A stretch of 64,000 nt of DNA from an uncultured Anaerotignum sp. (GTDB lineage: Bacteria; Bacillota; Clostridia; Lachnospirales; Anaerotignaceae). Location: assembly GCA_905212195.1 (NCBI GenBank), contig CAJMDQ010000001.1:4940-68939 (forward strand), written 5' to 3'. Made by a program: the position numbers and the translations under genes. Of the stretch, positions 10,453 through 19,558 are shown in pieces (the stretch's first letter is position 1; each line of letters opens with the position of its first letter). A model generated the notes under the pieces. That model did no database searches. It was not told the origin of the DNA and saw only the letters and a list, made by a program, of their open reading frames with translations.

Positions 10453-12339
10453 ATGTTCGATATTGCAGAGGAATTGAAAAAACTTCCACAGAAACCCGGT
10501 GTATACTTGATGAAAAACGAAGCCGGAGAGATTATCTATGTGGGAAAAGCCATCAATCTGCGGAACCGGGTACGGCAGTATTTCCAAAGCAGCCGGAATC
10601 ATACGGCAAAGACCCGTACCATGGTGCCACATATCAAGGAATTCGAATATATTGTCACCGATTCAGAAATGGAGGCTTTGATTCTAGAGTGTACCCTCAT
10701 CAAAAAGCATAGCCCCCATTATAATATCATGCTGAAGGATGATAAGACCTATCCTTATATCAAAGTGACAGTGCAGGAGGACTTTCCCAGAATTTTTGCC
10801 ACACGCAGACGGGAAAAGGATAAAGCCAAGTATTATGGCCCCTTTACGGATGTGCTGGCAATGAAAGAAACAGTAGAAACCCTCCACAAACTGTTTCCCA
10901 TTCGAAAATGTAAAAAGGTTTTTCCAAGAGATATCGGGAAAGAACGTCCTTGTCTGAATTACCACATTGGTCAATGTCTGGCACCATGCAGCGGCAATGT
11001 GACCAAAGAAGAATACGGCGCTTATGTGAAGGATGCCATGGATTTTCTGGAAGGCAGACATGATGATATCCGTAAACGTATGGAAGCAGAAATGATGGAA
11101 GCGGCGGAAAAAATGGAGTTTGAAAAAGCGGCTGCGCTTAGGGATAAGATTATGGCCATCCAAAGTGTGGCGCAGAAACAGAAAATGGCGAATATGTCCC
11201 TGCAGGAAGCGGATGTCATTGCCTTTGTACGGGCATTTTCTCAGTGTCTGGTGCAGGTGTTCTTCATCCGGGATGGCCAAATGACTGGCAGGGAAAACTT
11301 CAATTTGTCCGCACCAGAAGAACAGAGCCGCAGTGAAGTTATGACAGCTTTTGTGGAACAGTTTTACAGCGGCACCGCCCATATTCCCAAAGAAATCATA
11401 TTGCAGGAGCCTTTGACGCCGGAAGAAGCACCTCTTTTGGAAGCCTATCTGGCAGAACGCAGAGGCAGCAAAGTCACCATTACAGTGCCCATCAAAGGGG
11501 AAAAACAGAAGCTGGTGGAACTGGCTTACAAAAACGCCAATATCGTCTTTGAGCAGTTTGGCGAGAAAATGAAACGGGAAGAACAGCGCACCAAAGGCGC
11601 CATGGAAGAAATCCGTCAGGCTCTTGGATTGCCCCAGATGCTCCATCGTGTGGAAGCATACGATATTTCTAATACACAGGGCTTTGCTTCCGTTGGCTCT
11701 ATGGTTGTTTTTGAGGATGGTAAGGCAAAATACAGCGATTACCGGAAATTTAAGATTAAAACGGTGGTAGGCCCTAACGACTTTGCTTCCATGCAGGAAG
11801 TGATTACACGCCGTCTGAACCATGCCATCAGAGAAAAGTCAGAAGGAAAAAGCAGCAGCTTTACCCGTTTGCCAGATTTGATTCTTATGGACGGCGGCAG
11901 GACACAGGTTCATGCAGCAGAGGAGATTTTAGCAGAATTTGGTATGGAAATCCCCGTTTGTGGTATGGTAAAAGATGATAAGCATCGTACCAGAGGGCTG
12001 TTTTTTCAGGAAAAAGAAATTTCCATGCCTCTCACATCAGAAGGGTTTCGCTTGGTGACCAGAATTCAGGATGAAGTTCATCGTTTCGCCATTGCCTATC
12101 ATCGCAAACTGCACCAGCAGCAGTCTTTGCATTCTGCATTGGATGAAATCAAAGGAATTGGCCAGGTAAGAAGAAAAGCTTTGATGCGTCACTTTGGCTC
12201 TGTGGAAAAAATCGCGGAAGCAGAAGTGGCAGATTTGCTGGAAGTGGAAGAAATGACTATCCCCGCGGCAGAAGCGGTTTACGCTTTTTTCCGTGGAATC
12301 GACATAGAAAAAGAAAAATCGGCGGTTCAGTCAGAGTGA
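10453..12339 (+). CDS. uvrC: Excinuclease ABC subunit C
   Basis: GIY-YIG PGVYLM/IIYVGKA, Cys-rich region, EAYDISN, DGG, RIQDEVHRFA, HhH; GAGGTG RBS before ATG 10453. Confidence 0.97.
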   Translation: MFDIAEELKKLPQKPGVYLMKNEAGEIIYVGKAINLRNRVRQYFQSSRNHTAKTRTMVPHIKEFEYIVTDSEMEALILECTLIKKHSPHYNIMLKDDKTYPYIKVTVQEDFPRIFATRRREKDKAKYYGPFTDVLAMKETVETLHKLFPIRKCKKVFPRDIGKERPCLNYHIGQCLAPCSGNVTKEEYGAYVKDAMDFLEGRHDDIRKRMEAEMMEAAEKMEFEKAAALRDKIMAIQSVAQKQKMANMSLQEADVIAFVRAFSQCLVQVFFIRDGQMTGRENFNLSAPEEQSRSEVMTAFVEQFYSGTAHIPKEIILQEPLTPEEAPLLEAYLAERRGSKVTITVPIKGEKQKLVELAYKNANIVFEQFGEKMKREEQRTKGAMEEIRQALGLPQMLHRVEAYDISNTQGFASVGSMVVFEDGKAKYSDYRKFKIKTVVGPNDFASMQEVITRRLNHAIREKSEGKSSSFTRLPDLILMDGGRTQVHAAEEILAEFGMEIPVCGMVKDDKHRTRGLFFQEKEISMPLTSEGFRLVTRIQDEVHRFAIAYHRKLHQQQSLHSALDEIKGIGQVRRKALMRHFGSVEKIAEAEVADLLEVEEMTIPAAEAVYAFFRGIDIEKEKSAVQSE

Positions 12340-12352
12340 AAGGAGTGCGGAT

Positions 12353-13285
12353 ATGTATTCGGCATCAATTAAGAAATTTTTGGAACATTTTAATTTGGAA
12401 AATATCCTGCCGGAAATCAATTTGGACGGCAGAGTCATCAATCGTAAAGAAGTCAATCGTCCTGCTCTGCAGCTGACAGGATTTTATGAACGCTTTGATA
12501 ATGACAGGGTGCAGATCATCGGTCGGGTAGAACACAGTTATCTGCTGACCCTTGACCCGGAACAGCGCAGACAGGCCATTTGCCATCTGTTTGAATATCA
12601 CATTCCCTGCCTGATTATCTGCAAGAATCTGGAAGTCTTTCCAGAAATGTTGTATTATGGCAGAAAATACGGCATTCCCATTTTCCGCAGCAAAGACACC
12701 ACAACCAATTTTGTGGCAGAACTGATTGCATGGCTCCATAATGAATTGGCAGAACGGGAAACCATCCATGGCGTTCTGCTGGATATTTATGGGGAAGGCG
12801 TCCTCATCACTGGCGACAGTGGTATCGGGAAAAGTGAAACAGCACTGGAGCTTATCAAGCGTGGACATCGTTTGATTGCCGATGATGCGGTGGAAATTAA
12901 AAAAATTGCTGACCGGACACTGGTGGGTACCTGTCCGGAACTGATTCGTTATCTCATTGAACTGAGAGGTATCGGCATTATCAACGTAAAAGAACTGTTT
13001 GGTGTCGGTGCGGTAAAACTGAAAAAGACCATTGACCTTGTCATCCGTTTGGAAATGTGGGACGGTACACCGGGAACTTATGACCGCATTGGTCTGGACG
13101 AGGAATACATTGACATTTTGGGGAATAAAGTGCTTTGTAACACCATTCCCATTCGTCCCGGCAGAAATGTGGCTGTCATTTGTGAATCGGCAGCCATCAC
13201 CAACCGTCAGAAGAAGATGGGAACCAACACTGCCAAGGAACTGGAACAGCGGATTTTGGCAAGTATGCAAAAATCGGAGGAATAA
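12353..13285 (+). CDS. hprK: HPr kinase/phosphorylase
   Basis: GDSGIGKSETALEL, LIADD, ELRGIGII, PIRPGRN. Confidence 0.97.
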   Translation: MYSASIKKFLEHFNLENILPEINLDGRVINRKEVNRPALQLTGFYERFDNDRVQIIGRVEHSYLLTLDPEQRRQAICHLFEYHIPCLIICKNLEVFPEMLYYGRKYGIPIFRSKDTTTNFVAELIAWLHNELAERETIHGVLLDIYGEGVLITGDSGIGKSETALELIKRGHRLIADDAVEIKKIADRTLVGTCPELIRYLIELRGIGIINVKELFGVGAVKLKKTIDLVIRLEMWDGTPGTYDRIGLDEEYIDILGNKVLCNTIPIRPGRNVAVICESAAITNRQKKMGTNTAKELEQRILASMQKSEE

Positions 13286-13288
13286 ACC

Positions 13289-14200
13289 ATGATGGAAGAA
13301 TTGAAGAAAAAGCTGTTGGATTTATTGGGAGAAGAAGGTTTTCGCACAGAGGAATCCATGGCGAAACATACGACCTTCAGAACCGGCGGCCCGGCAGATT
13401 TGTTTTTGATGCCCCAGAACCGGACAGAACTGAAAGAAAGCATTGCATTGCTGCGGGAATACAATGTGCCTTATATGGTCATTGGTAATGGCAGCAATTT
13501 GCTGGTAGGTGACGGCGGTATCCGTGGCGCAGTTATCCAGCTTTATCAGCGGATGCAGAATATCTCCGTAGAAGGTACAGAAATGACATTGGATTGCGGT
13601 GCTCTGCTGTCTGCGGCAGCGGCACAGGCGGCAGATGCTTCTCTGGAAGGATTGGCATTTGCTTCCGGTATTCCCGGTACATTTGGCGGTGCAGTCGTTA
13701 TGAACGCAGGCGCCTATGGCGGAGAAATGAAGGACGTGCTTCTTTCCGCAGATGTGCTGACAGAAGATCTGGAAGTGAAAACAATCCCTGTGGAAGAACT
13801 GGATTTGTCTTATCGCCACAGCAATGTACCGGAAAAAGGATACATTGTGCTGGGCGGCAAATTGCAGCTGAAAAAAGGAAATGAACAGGAAATCCGGGAA
13901 CGGATGGCAGAACTGGCACAGCAGCGTCGGGAAAAACAGCCCTTGCAGTATCCCAGCGCAGGCAGTACCTTTAAACGCCCCGAAGGATATTTTGCAGGAA
14001 AACTTATCAGTGATGCAGGGCTGAAAGGCAAAACCATCGGTGGCGCGCAGGTTTCTGAAAAACATGCCGGTTTTATCGTCAATATCGGTGGTGCCACCAC
14101 AAAAGATATTCTGGATTTGATTGCTTTCTGCCAGAAAACAGTGCAGGAGCAGTTTGGCGTAACACTGGAAACAGAAGTGAAGATTGTTGGGGAACGGTAA
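13289..14200 (+). CDS. murB: UDP-N-acetylenolpyruvoylglucosamine reductase
   Basis: GNGSNLL, GIPGT, MNAGAYG, QPLQYPSAGSTFKRP, SEKHAGF. Confidence 0.97.
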   Translation: MMEELKKKLLDLLGEEGFRTEESMAKHTTFRTGGPADLFLMPQNRTELKESIALLREYNVPYMVIGNGSNLLVGDGGIRGAVIQLYQRMQNISVEGTEMTLDCGALLSAAAAQAADASLEGLAFASGIPGTFGGAVVMNAGAYGGEMKDVLLSADVLTEDLEVKTIPVEELDLSYRHSNVPEKGYIVLGGKLQLKKGNEQEIRERMAELAQQRREKQPLQYPSAGSTFKRPEGYFAGKLISDAGLKGKTIGGAQVSEKHAGFIVNIGGATTKDILDLIAFCQKTVQEQFGVTLETEVKIVGER

Positions 14201-14227
14201 GAGATACGAAAGAGAGGTGTATCTTGT

Positions 14228-15100
14228 ATGCGGTTTGTAATTGTAACAGGTATGTCGGGGGCAGGGAAAACCTCCGCACTGAAATTTTTGGAAGATATCA
14301 ACTATTTTTGCGTAGATAACATGCCTCCTGCACTTTTGCCGAAGTTTGCGGAGCTTTGTTATGAACAGGACGGCGGTTTTGAACGGGTTGCCATTGGGAT
14401 TGATATCCGTGGCGGCAAGCTGTTTTATGACTTGTTTTCTGTGCTGTTTGAGATGCAGGAAAATGGTTATGATTATGAAATCCTGTTTTTGGATGCATCG
14501 GACAGCGTACTCATCAAACGCTATAAGGAAACCAGAAGAAGCCATCCTCTGTCCAGAAGGGGTTCCATTGAGGAAGGTATTTCCAAGGAACGGGAAATGC
14601 TGCGGGAAGTGAAGGCAAAGGCAACGTATATCATCGACACCAGCAAGGTTTTGACAAGAGAACTGAAAGAACAAATCAATCGTATTTTCCAGGATAATGA
14701 GAAATTTGAAAGCCTTGTGATCACCGTTTGTTCCTTTGGCTTCAAATATGGCATTCCTGCGGACAGCGATCTGGTATTTGACGTGCGGTTCCTGCCAAAT
14801 CCGTACTATATCCCGGAACTGAAAGAGTTGTCTGGCAACGACAGCCCTGTCAGCGACTACGTTATGAGCTTTGCGGAAAGCCGCGAATTTCTGGACAAGC
14901 TGGTGGATATGCTGGAATTTTTGATTCCGCACTATATCAAAGAAGGCAAGAATAGTCTGGTCATCAGCATTGGCTGCACCGGCGGCAAACATCGTTCTGT
15001 AACACTGGCAAATGCCCTTTTCACAGAGCTGTGCCAGAAGGAACATACGGTGCTCCTGAAGCATAACGACGTGGAAAAAGACGCCAAGAGAAAAGGTTGA
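14228..15100 (+). CDS. rapZ: RNase adapter / P-loop protein RapZ (YvcJ)
   Basis: [34 protein letters not shown]. Confidence 0.96.
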   Translation: MRFVIVTGMSGAGKTSALKFLEDINYFCVDNMPPALLPKFAELCYEQDGGFERVAIGIDIRGGKLFYDLFSVLFEMQENGYDYEILFLDASDSVLIKRYKETRRSHPLSRRGSIEEGISKEREMLREVKAKATYIIDTSKVLTRELKEQINRIFQDNEKFESLVITVCSFGFKYGIPADSDLVFDVRFLPNPYYIPELKELSGNDSPVSDYVMSFAESREFLDKLVDMLEFLIPHYIKEGKNSLVISIGCTGGKHRSVTLANALFTELCQKEHTVLLKHNDVEKDAKRKG

Positions 15101-15129
15101 TGGAAAAAGAGTGATACGGAGAGAAAACC

Positions 15130-16101
15130 ATGACAGAAACAGCAAATTTGTCATTTTCCTATAAGGTAAAAGAGGAGTTGTCCGAACATTTTGGGAATGC
15201 CCGCCATTGCCAAATTGCGGAATTGTCTGCCATTGTAAATATATGTGGAGGGATTGCCTGTTTTGGCAAAACTTTTTGTTTAAAAATACAAACAGAGAAT
15301 TTTTTCGTCGCGAAAAAGTGCTTTACATTATTACAAAATACTTTTAATATTAGAGTTGATATATCTGTACGTTCGGGCGGTAAAAGACGACGGATTTATC
15401 TGCTCCTGATTCGGAATGCTTTCGATGCGGCACGTGTGCTTATGGCAACGGGCATTTTACATAAGGACAGAGAACAGACAGTGACTTTTGATCGGATTTA
15501 TCCGCCTGTGACAGCAGCAGTCTGTTGCCGACGGGCATACCTGCGCGGTGCGTTTCTTGCATCAGGTTCCGTGAATAATCCTGAAAAGAATTATCATCTG
15601 GAATTTGTTGTAAACAGTCCGCTTCTTGCAGCTGACCTGCAGGAGATGGTCAATTCATTCGGTTTGGAAGCAAAGACCGTTACGCGTAAGGATCATGAAG
15701 TGATATATCTGAAAGAAGGAGAACAGATTGTTGACCTTTTGAATGTGATGGAAGCGCATCTGGCACTGATGGAACTGGAAAATGTTCGTATCGTGAAGGA
15801 AATGCGCAACGATATCAATCGTAAAGTAAACTGCGAAACAGCAAACTTGAATAAAGTTGTAGGAGCCGCAGTAAAGCAGCTGGAGGACATTATGTTCATT
15901 CAGAGTACCATGGGGCTGCAAAAATTGCCGCCGCAGCTGGCAGAGCTGGCAGAGGCGCGTTTGCAATATCCGGAGAAAAGTCTGAAAGAACTGGGAAGTT
16001 GTTTGTCGGAGCCATTAGGAAAATCCGGCGTAAATCACCGGCTGCGTAAGATCAGCGCCATCGCAGAAACTTTGAGAGAGGGTAAAGGTGAAGGAAAATG
16101 A
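15130..16101 (+). CDS. whiA: DNA-binding protein WhiA
   Basis: AYLRGAFLASGS, NRKVNCETANL, KSGVNHRLRK. Confidence 0.95.
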   Translation: MTETANLSFSYKVKEELSEHFGNARHCQIAELSAIVNICGGIACFGKTFCLKIQTENFFVAKKCFTLLQNTFNIRVDISVRSGGKRRRIYLLLIRNAFDAARVLMATGILHKDREQTVTFDRIYPPVTAAVCCRRAYLRGAFLASGSVNNPEKNYHLEFVVNSPLLAADLQEMVNSFGLEAKTVTRKDHEVIYLKEGEQIVDLLNVMEAHLALMELENVRIVKEMRNDINRKVNCETANLNKVVGAAVKQLEDIMFIQSTMGLQKLPPQLAELAEARLQYPEKSLKELGSCLSEPLGKSGVNHRLRKISAIAETLREGKGEGK

Positions 16102-16340
16102 CAGAAAAGACAGTTATCATCAAATCAGCACTGGATGCAAGACAAGTAGCGTTCTTCGTACAGACAGCCGGTAAATTTCAGAGCGATATCAAAATTGCTA
16201 TTGACAACAAAAAAGTAAGTGCAAAAAGCATCATGGGCATCATTGCTCTGGAAATGGCAGAAGGTCAGCGTGCAAACATTCTGGCAGAAGGCAGTGACGA
16301 AGAAGCAGCTGTAAACGAATTGGCAGCAGCATTATCTTAA
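16098..16340 (+). CDS. HPr-family protein lacking His15 (Crh-like)
   Basis: HPr fold with AKSIMG (Ser46 site) intact; LHAR replaced by LDAR. Confidence 0.88.
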   Translation: MTEKTVIIKSALDARQVAFFVQTAGKFQSDIKIAIDNKKVSAKSIMGIIALEMAEGQRANILAEGSDEEAAVNELAAALS

Positions 16341-16501
16341 TTCGGAATTATTTCATTTATTATCGATTCTACAAAAGAGCAATTGAGAACTTATAGAAAG
16401 CAGCACTTGTGGAATGCACAGGTGCTGCGTTTTTATTGCAATCCTGCGGGATTTCATGTATAATATATTAGCTGTTTTAACAGTACAAAAACATAATGTG
16501 A

Positions 16502-16559
16502 TGAGATGTTCCTTGCGAAGGACGAAAGTCCCACCATCTCAAAAATAAAAAACAGGGGG
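16502..16559 (+). ncRNA. preQ1-I-like riboswitch upstream of queT
   Basis: P1 TGAGATG/CATCTCA, loop starting TTCC and ending CAC, A-rich tail AAAAATAAAAAAC; CCTTG can pair with CAGGG over the RBS; upstream TTGCAA-17-TATAAT at 16436-16464; downstream gene is queT. Confidence 0.7.
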
Positions 16560-16566
16560 TTTTTTT

Positions 16567-17055
16567 ATGCAAAAAAATGGAAGTAAAACAAGAATGTTGG
16601 CGTATACAGCGCTGGTAGCGGCAGTGTATGCAGTACTGACAGTGGGGGTTGCGCCCTTGAGCTACGGTATGATTCAGATTCGTTTTTCCGAAATACTGGT
16701 ACTGTTGGCTTTTGTGGACAAACGGTATGCACCGGGCCTGATTTTAGGCTGTTTCATTGCAAACTGCTTCAGTCCATTGGGGATGGTGGATGCAGTTTTC
16801 GGAACTTGCTGTACAGCGGCGGCACTTTACGGCATCACCCATTTCAGCAAAAACTTGTTTATCGCAAGCCTTTGGCCTGTATTCTGCAATGCTTTTCTGG
16901 GCGTGGAATACTATCTGCTGCAAAACGCACCACTGTTCCTGACAGCAGGCACCATTGCGCTGGGTGAATTTCTGGCAGTATCCTGTGTGGGATATGTGAT
17001 TTTCCGTCAGGTAATGAAAAATGGACACTTGGTCAGCCAACTGAAAATTGGATAA
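16567..17055 (+). CDS. queT: QueT queuosine-precursor transporter (ECF S-component family)
   Basis: AAVYAVLT..APLSYGMIQIRFSE, GCFIAN, D..FG, GEFLAV. Confidence 0.9.
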   Translation: MQKNGSKTRMLAYTALVAAVYAVLTVGVAPLSYGMIQIRFSEILVLLAFVDKRYAPGLILGCFIANCFSPLGMVDAVFGTCCTAAALYGITHFSKNLFIASLWPVFCNAFLGVEYYLLQNAPLFLTAGTIALGEFLAVSCVGYVIFRQVMKNGHLVSQLKIG

Positions 17056-17154
17056 AAAGAAAAGGGATATACCTGAAATATGGTATATCCTTTTTTTGAT
17101 GGAAACAGAATGTTCTTTTTTTACCTCCTTCTGGCATAAGGTGAAGGGGGAGGG

Positions 17155-18105
17155 ATGGATATGAAGCGAAAAAAACTGGTGTTGGCAGTTTCTGCTGCTG
17201 TACTTTTGGGCGGATATACCGTAGGCATTTTTGGTCAGACAGAAGGGGATTTGACCCAAAAACAGATAGATAATCCCAATACAGTAGAAAACAAAGAGGA
17301 CATTGCCAGAAGCGTGCTGGAATCCACAGGGCGCAGCGGTCAATATGATTTGCAAGATTTAGGGGATGTAACGGTGTATCTGGGAAGCGATGTAACGGGA
17401 AATCCACAGGATGCCATCGTTACCGTAAGTTTTGGCCCGAAAAATACCGTTGTGGCCGCATATACTGCCGATGGGAATGTTTATGAGTATACGGGAGATT
17501 TGGGGGATTTTTACGGCGTGCAGAATATCCGTTTTGTCCCCGTACCGGAACTGAAAAAGGAGATTGTCATTGTGCGGGAACAGGTGAATCAGTCCTTGGG
17601 TTCTTTTGAACAGTCGGATATTTTGCGGGGCTATGTTTTCGACGGGAAAGAGTATCAGGATGTGCTGAATACACCCCAGAAAATCGAATCCAGCTGGAAT
17701 AACCTGTGGAACAAAGGGGAGTTGCAGGAGCCAAGTTTGTGGCGACGTGTGACGGAAGAAACAGAAAGCAAATGGACTGGCGGAGAGGAACCTTCCCTGA
17801 CTATTACCCGTTACCAGAGTTATCTGGAATCCGATGATAAAGGAGAAGGGGAAGTGCCGGCAGATGATACGTTTCAGGAAAAAGACAGCCGTGTTGTGGT
17901 AGAGCGTTTTTTCTGGTCAGATGAATGGAACCGGTTTATTCTGGATGAAGCAGTGGAAACAGCCACAGGCCAGCCTGTAGCCATTATTGAAAATCTGGCA
18001 TCTTCTCCTTATTTGCTGGCAGATCTGCCGGATTTCAGGGATTACCGCATTGTGCGAAAAGATGGAACAACGGCGTATGTGGATGCGGAGGAGCTGAAAT
18101 TTTAA
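17155..18105 (+). CDS. Acidic secreted hypothetical protein with possible C-terminal SH3-like segment
   Basis: Signal peptide KRKKLVLAVSAAVLLGG; long ORF with G-rich RBS; C-terminal YRIVRKDGTTAYVDAEEL. Confidence 0.8.
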   Translation: MDMKRKKLVLAVSAAVLLGGYTVGIFGQTEGDLTQKQIDNPNTVENKEDIARSVLESTGRSGQYDLQDLGDVTVYLGSDVTGNPQDAIVTVSFGPKNTVVAAYTADGNVYEYTGDLGDFYGVQNIRFVPVPELKKEIVIVREQVNQSLGSFEQSDILRGYVFDGKEYQDVLNTPQKIESSWNNLWNKGELQEPSLWRRVTEETESKWTGGEEPSLTITRYQSYLESDDKGEGEVPADDTFQEKDSRVVVERFFWSDEWNRFILDEAVETATGQPVAIIENLASSPYLLADLPDFRDYRIVRKDGTTAYVDAEELKF

Positions 18106-18118
18106 TCTTGGAAAGGTA

Positions 18119-18146
18119 TTGACAAATAGGGTTGGAGTGTTATAAT
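18119..18146 (+). promoter_or_regulatory. SigA promoter of T-box leader
   Basis: TTGACA-16 bp-TATAAT with extended TG. Confidence 0.7.
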
Positions 18147-18167
18147 AACACTATCGAAAAAAGGAAA

Positions 18168-18427
18168 ACCTGTGATTAAGAGGAGTAGTTTTACAGACTG
18201 CACTTTCAGAGAGTCGTGGATGGTGGGAAAACGACAGTCAGCGTAAAATGAATGGACTTATGAGGGCGGACGAAAGCGCAAGCGAGTAGTAACCGACGGG
18301 AACCGCGCCCGTTACCCTGGCGGACTGCATGAATGTGCAGGCAAAGTGGATGAAATCTCATCAATTTGGGTGGTACCGCAGGATAATCAGTCTTGTCCCA
18401 TAGTAATATGGCGACAGGACTTTTTTT
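18168..18427 (+). ncRNA. T-box riboswitch with Trp (UGG) specifier
   Basis: Stem I AGTA..AGAGA..GGTGGGA..GAA-TGG-A (codon at 18253-18255); AGTA/GAA stem II motifs and CCGTTA; T-box AATTTGGGTGGTACCGC at 18363-18379; terminator 18390-18420 plus T run. Confidence 0.9.
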
Positions 18428-18542
18428 ATTGTCGGGAGGGATTGATATGAATCAGACAGGAAGACGATGGCGCAGCCATTGACAAGGTACAAAGATAAAG
18501 AGATAACCCAATATTTTGATTTGATTAAAGGAGAGATTACTT

Positions 18543-19529
18543 ATGAAAAAAATGATGGCTTTGGCAATGGCAGCAGTAATGACAATGGCAGCGCTCACAG
18601 GCTGCGGCGGCAGCGGCAGTGGTGACAGCGCAAACGGCGATGTACCTGTGATCGGTATTTCTCAGTATGGACAGCATGCTTCTTTGGATAACTGCAGAGA
18701 AGGTTTCCTGCAGGGTCTGGAAGAAAGCGGCTTGGTGGAAGGCGTAGACTATGTGATCGATTATCAGAACGCAGGTTTCGATGATACCATCGCACAGCAG
18801 ATTGCGCAGAACTTTTCCGCAAACAATGTAGCGCTGATGTGTGGTATTGCAACAAACTCCGCAACAGCTTGCTATGCAGCGGCAGAAGATAAAAACATTC
18901 CCGTTATTTTCACAGCAATCACAGACCCTGTGAAAGCAAAACTGGACAGCGGCAATATTACAGGTACCAGCGATAAACTTCCCATCGAAGAACAGCTGAA
19001 ACTGATTCGTGCCCTGCAGCCCGATGCAAAAACAATCGGTATCCTTTACACCACAAGCGAACCTAACTCTGTTTCCGCAGTGGAAGAATATCAGGCAAAA
19101 GCGCCTGAATATGGTTTCACCATCGAAGCCATCGGCGTTATGCAGCAGTCTGAAGTACTGCAGGCAGCAGATAACATGATTTCCAAAGGCGTTGACTGCA
19201 TGACAAACCTGACAGACAATAACGTGGTAGGCGTTCTGCCCTCCATTCTGGAAAAAACAAACGATGCAGGCATTCCTGTATATGGCAGCGAAATCGAACA
19301 GGTAAAAATCGGCTGTGTAGCATCCGCAGGTATCGAATATGTAGCACTGGGCAAGAGAACAGGCGAAATGGCAGCGAAAATTCTGAAAGGGGAAGCAACA
19401 GCAGAAGAAATGCCTTACGAAACCATTACTGATTCTGAAATCTACATCAACCCCGGTGTGCTGGAAACATTGGGTCTGACAGTACCAGAAGATATCGCAG
19501 CGGAAGCCATTGACGTAACCGCTGAATAA
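18543..19529 (+). CDS. ABC transporter substrate-binding lipoprotein (TrpX-like, aromatic amino acid)
   Basis: Lipobox LTGC; QYGQHASLD, FTAITDP, NITGTSD, SEPNS, LTDN; under a Trp T-box. Confidence 0.9.
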   Translation: MKKMMALAMAAVMTMAALTGCGGSGSGDSANGDVPVIGISQYGQHASLDNCREGFLQGLEESGLVEGVDYVIDYQNAGFDDTIAQQIAQNFSANNVALMCGIATNSATACYAAAEDKNIPVIFTAITDPVKAKLDSGNITGTSDKLPIEEQLKLIRALQPDAKTIGILYTTSEPNSVSAVEEYQAKAPEYGFTIEAIGVMQQSEVLQAADNMISKGVDCMTNLTDNNVVGVLPSILEKTNDAGIPVYGSEIEQVKIGCVASAGIEYVALGKRTGEMAAKILKGEATAEEMPYETITDSEIYINPGVLETLGLTVPEDIAAEAIDVTAE

Positions 19530-19558
19530 GAAAAAGGCAAGAGAGAGGGTTTTCTGTT

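Noticed and set aside
17103..17115. LexA-box-like AAACAGAATGTTC
   Set aside because: Spacer is 5 nt instead of 4 and the downstream gene is not SOS-like
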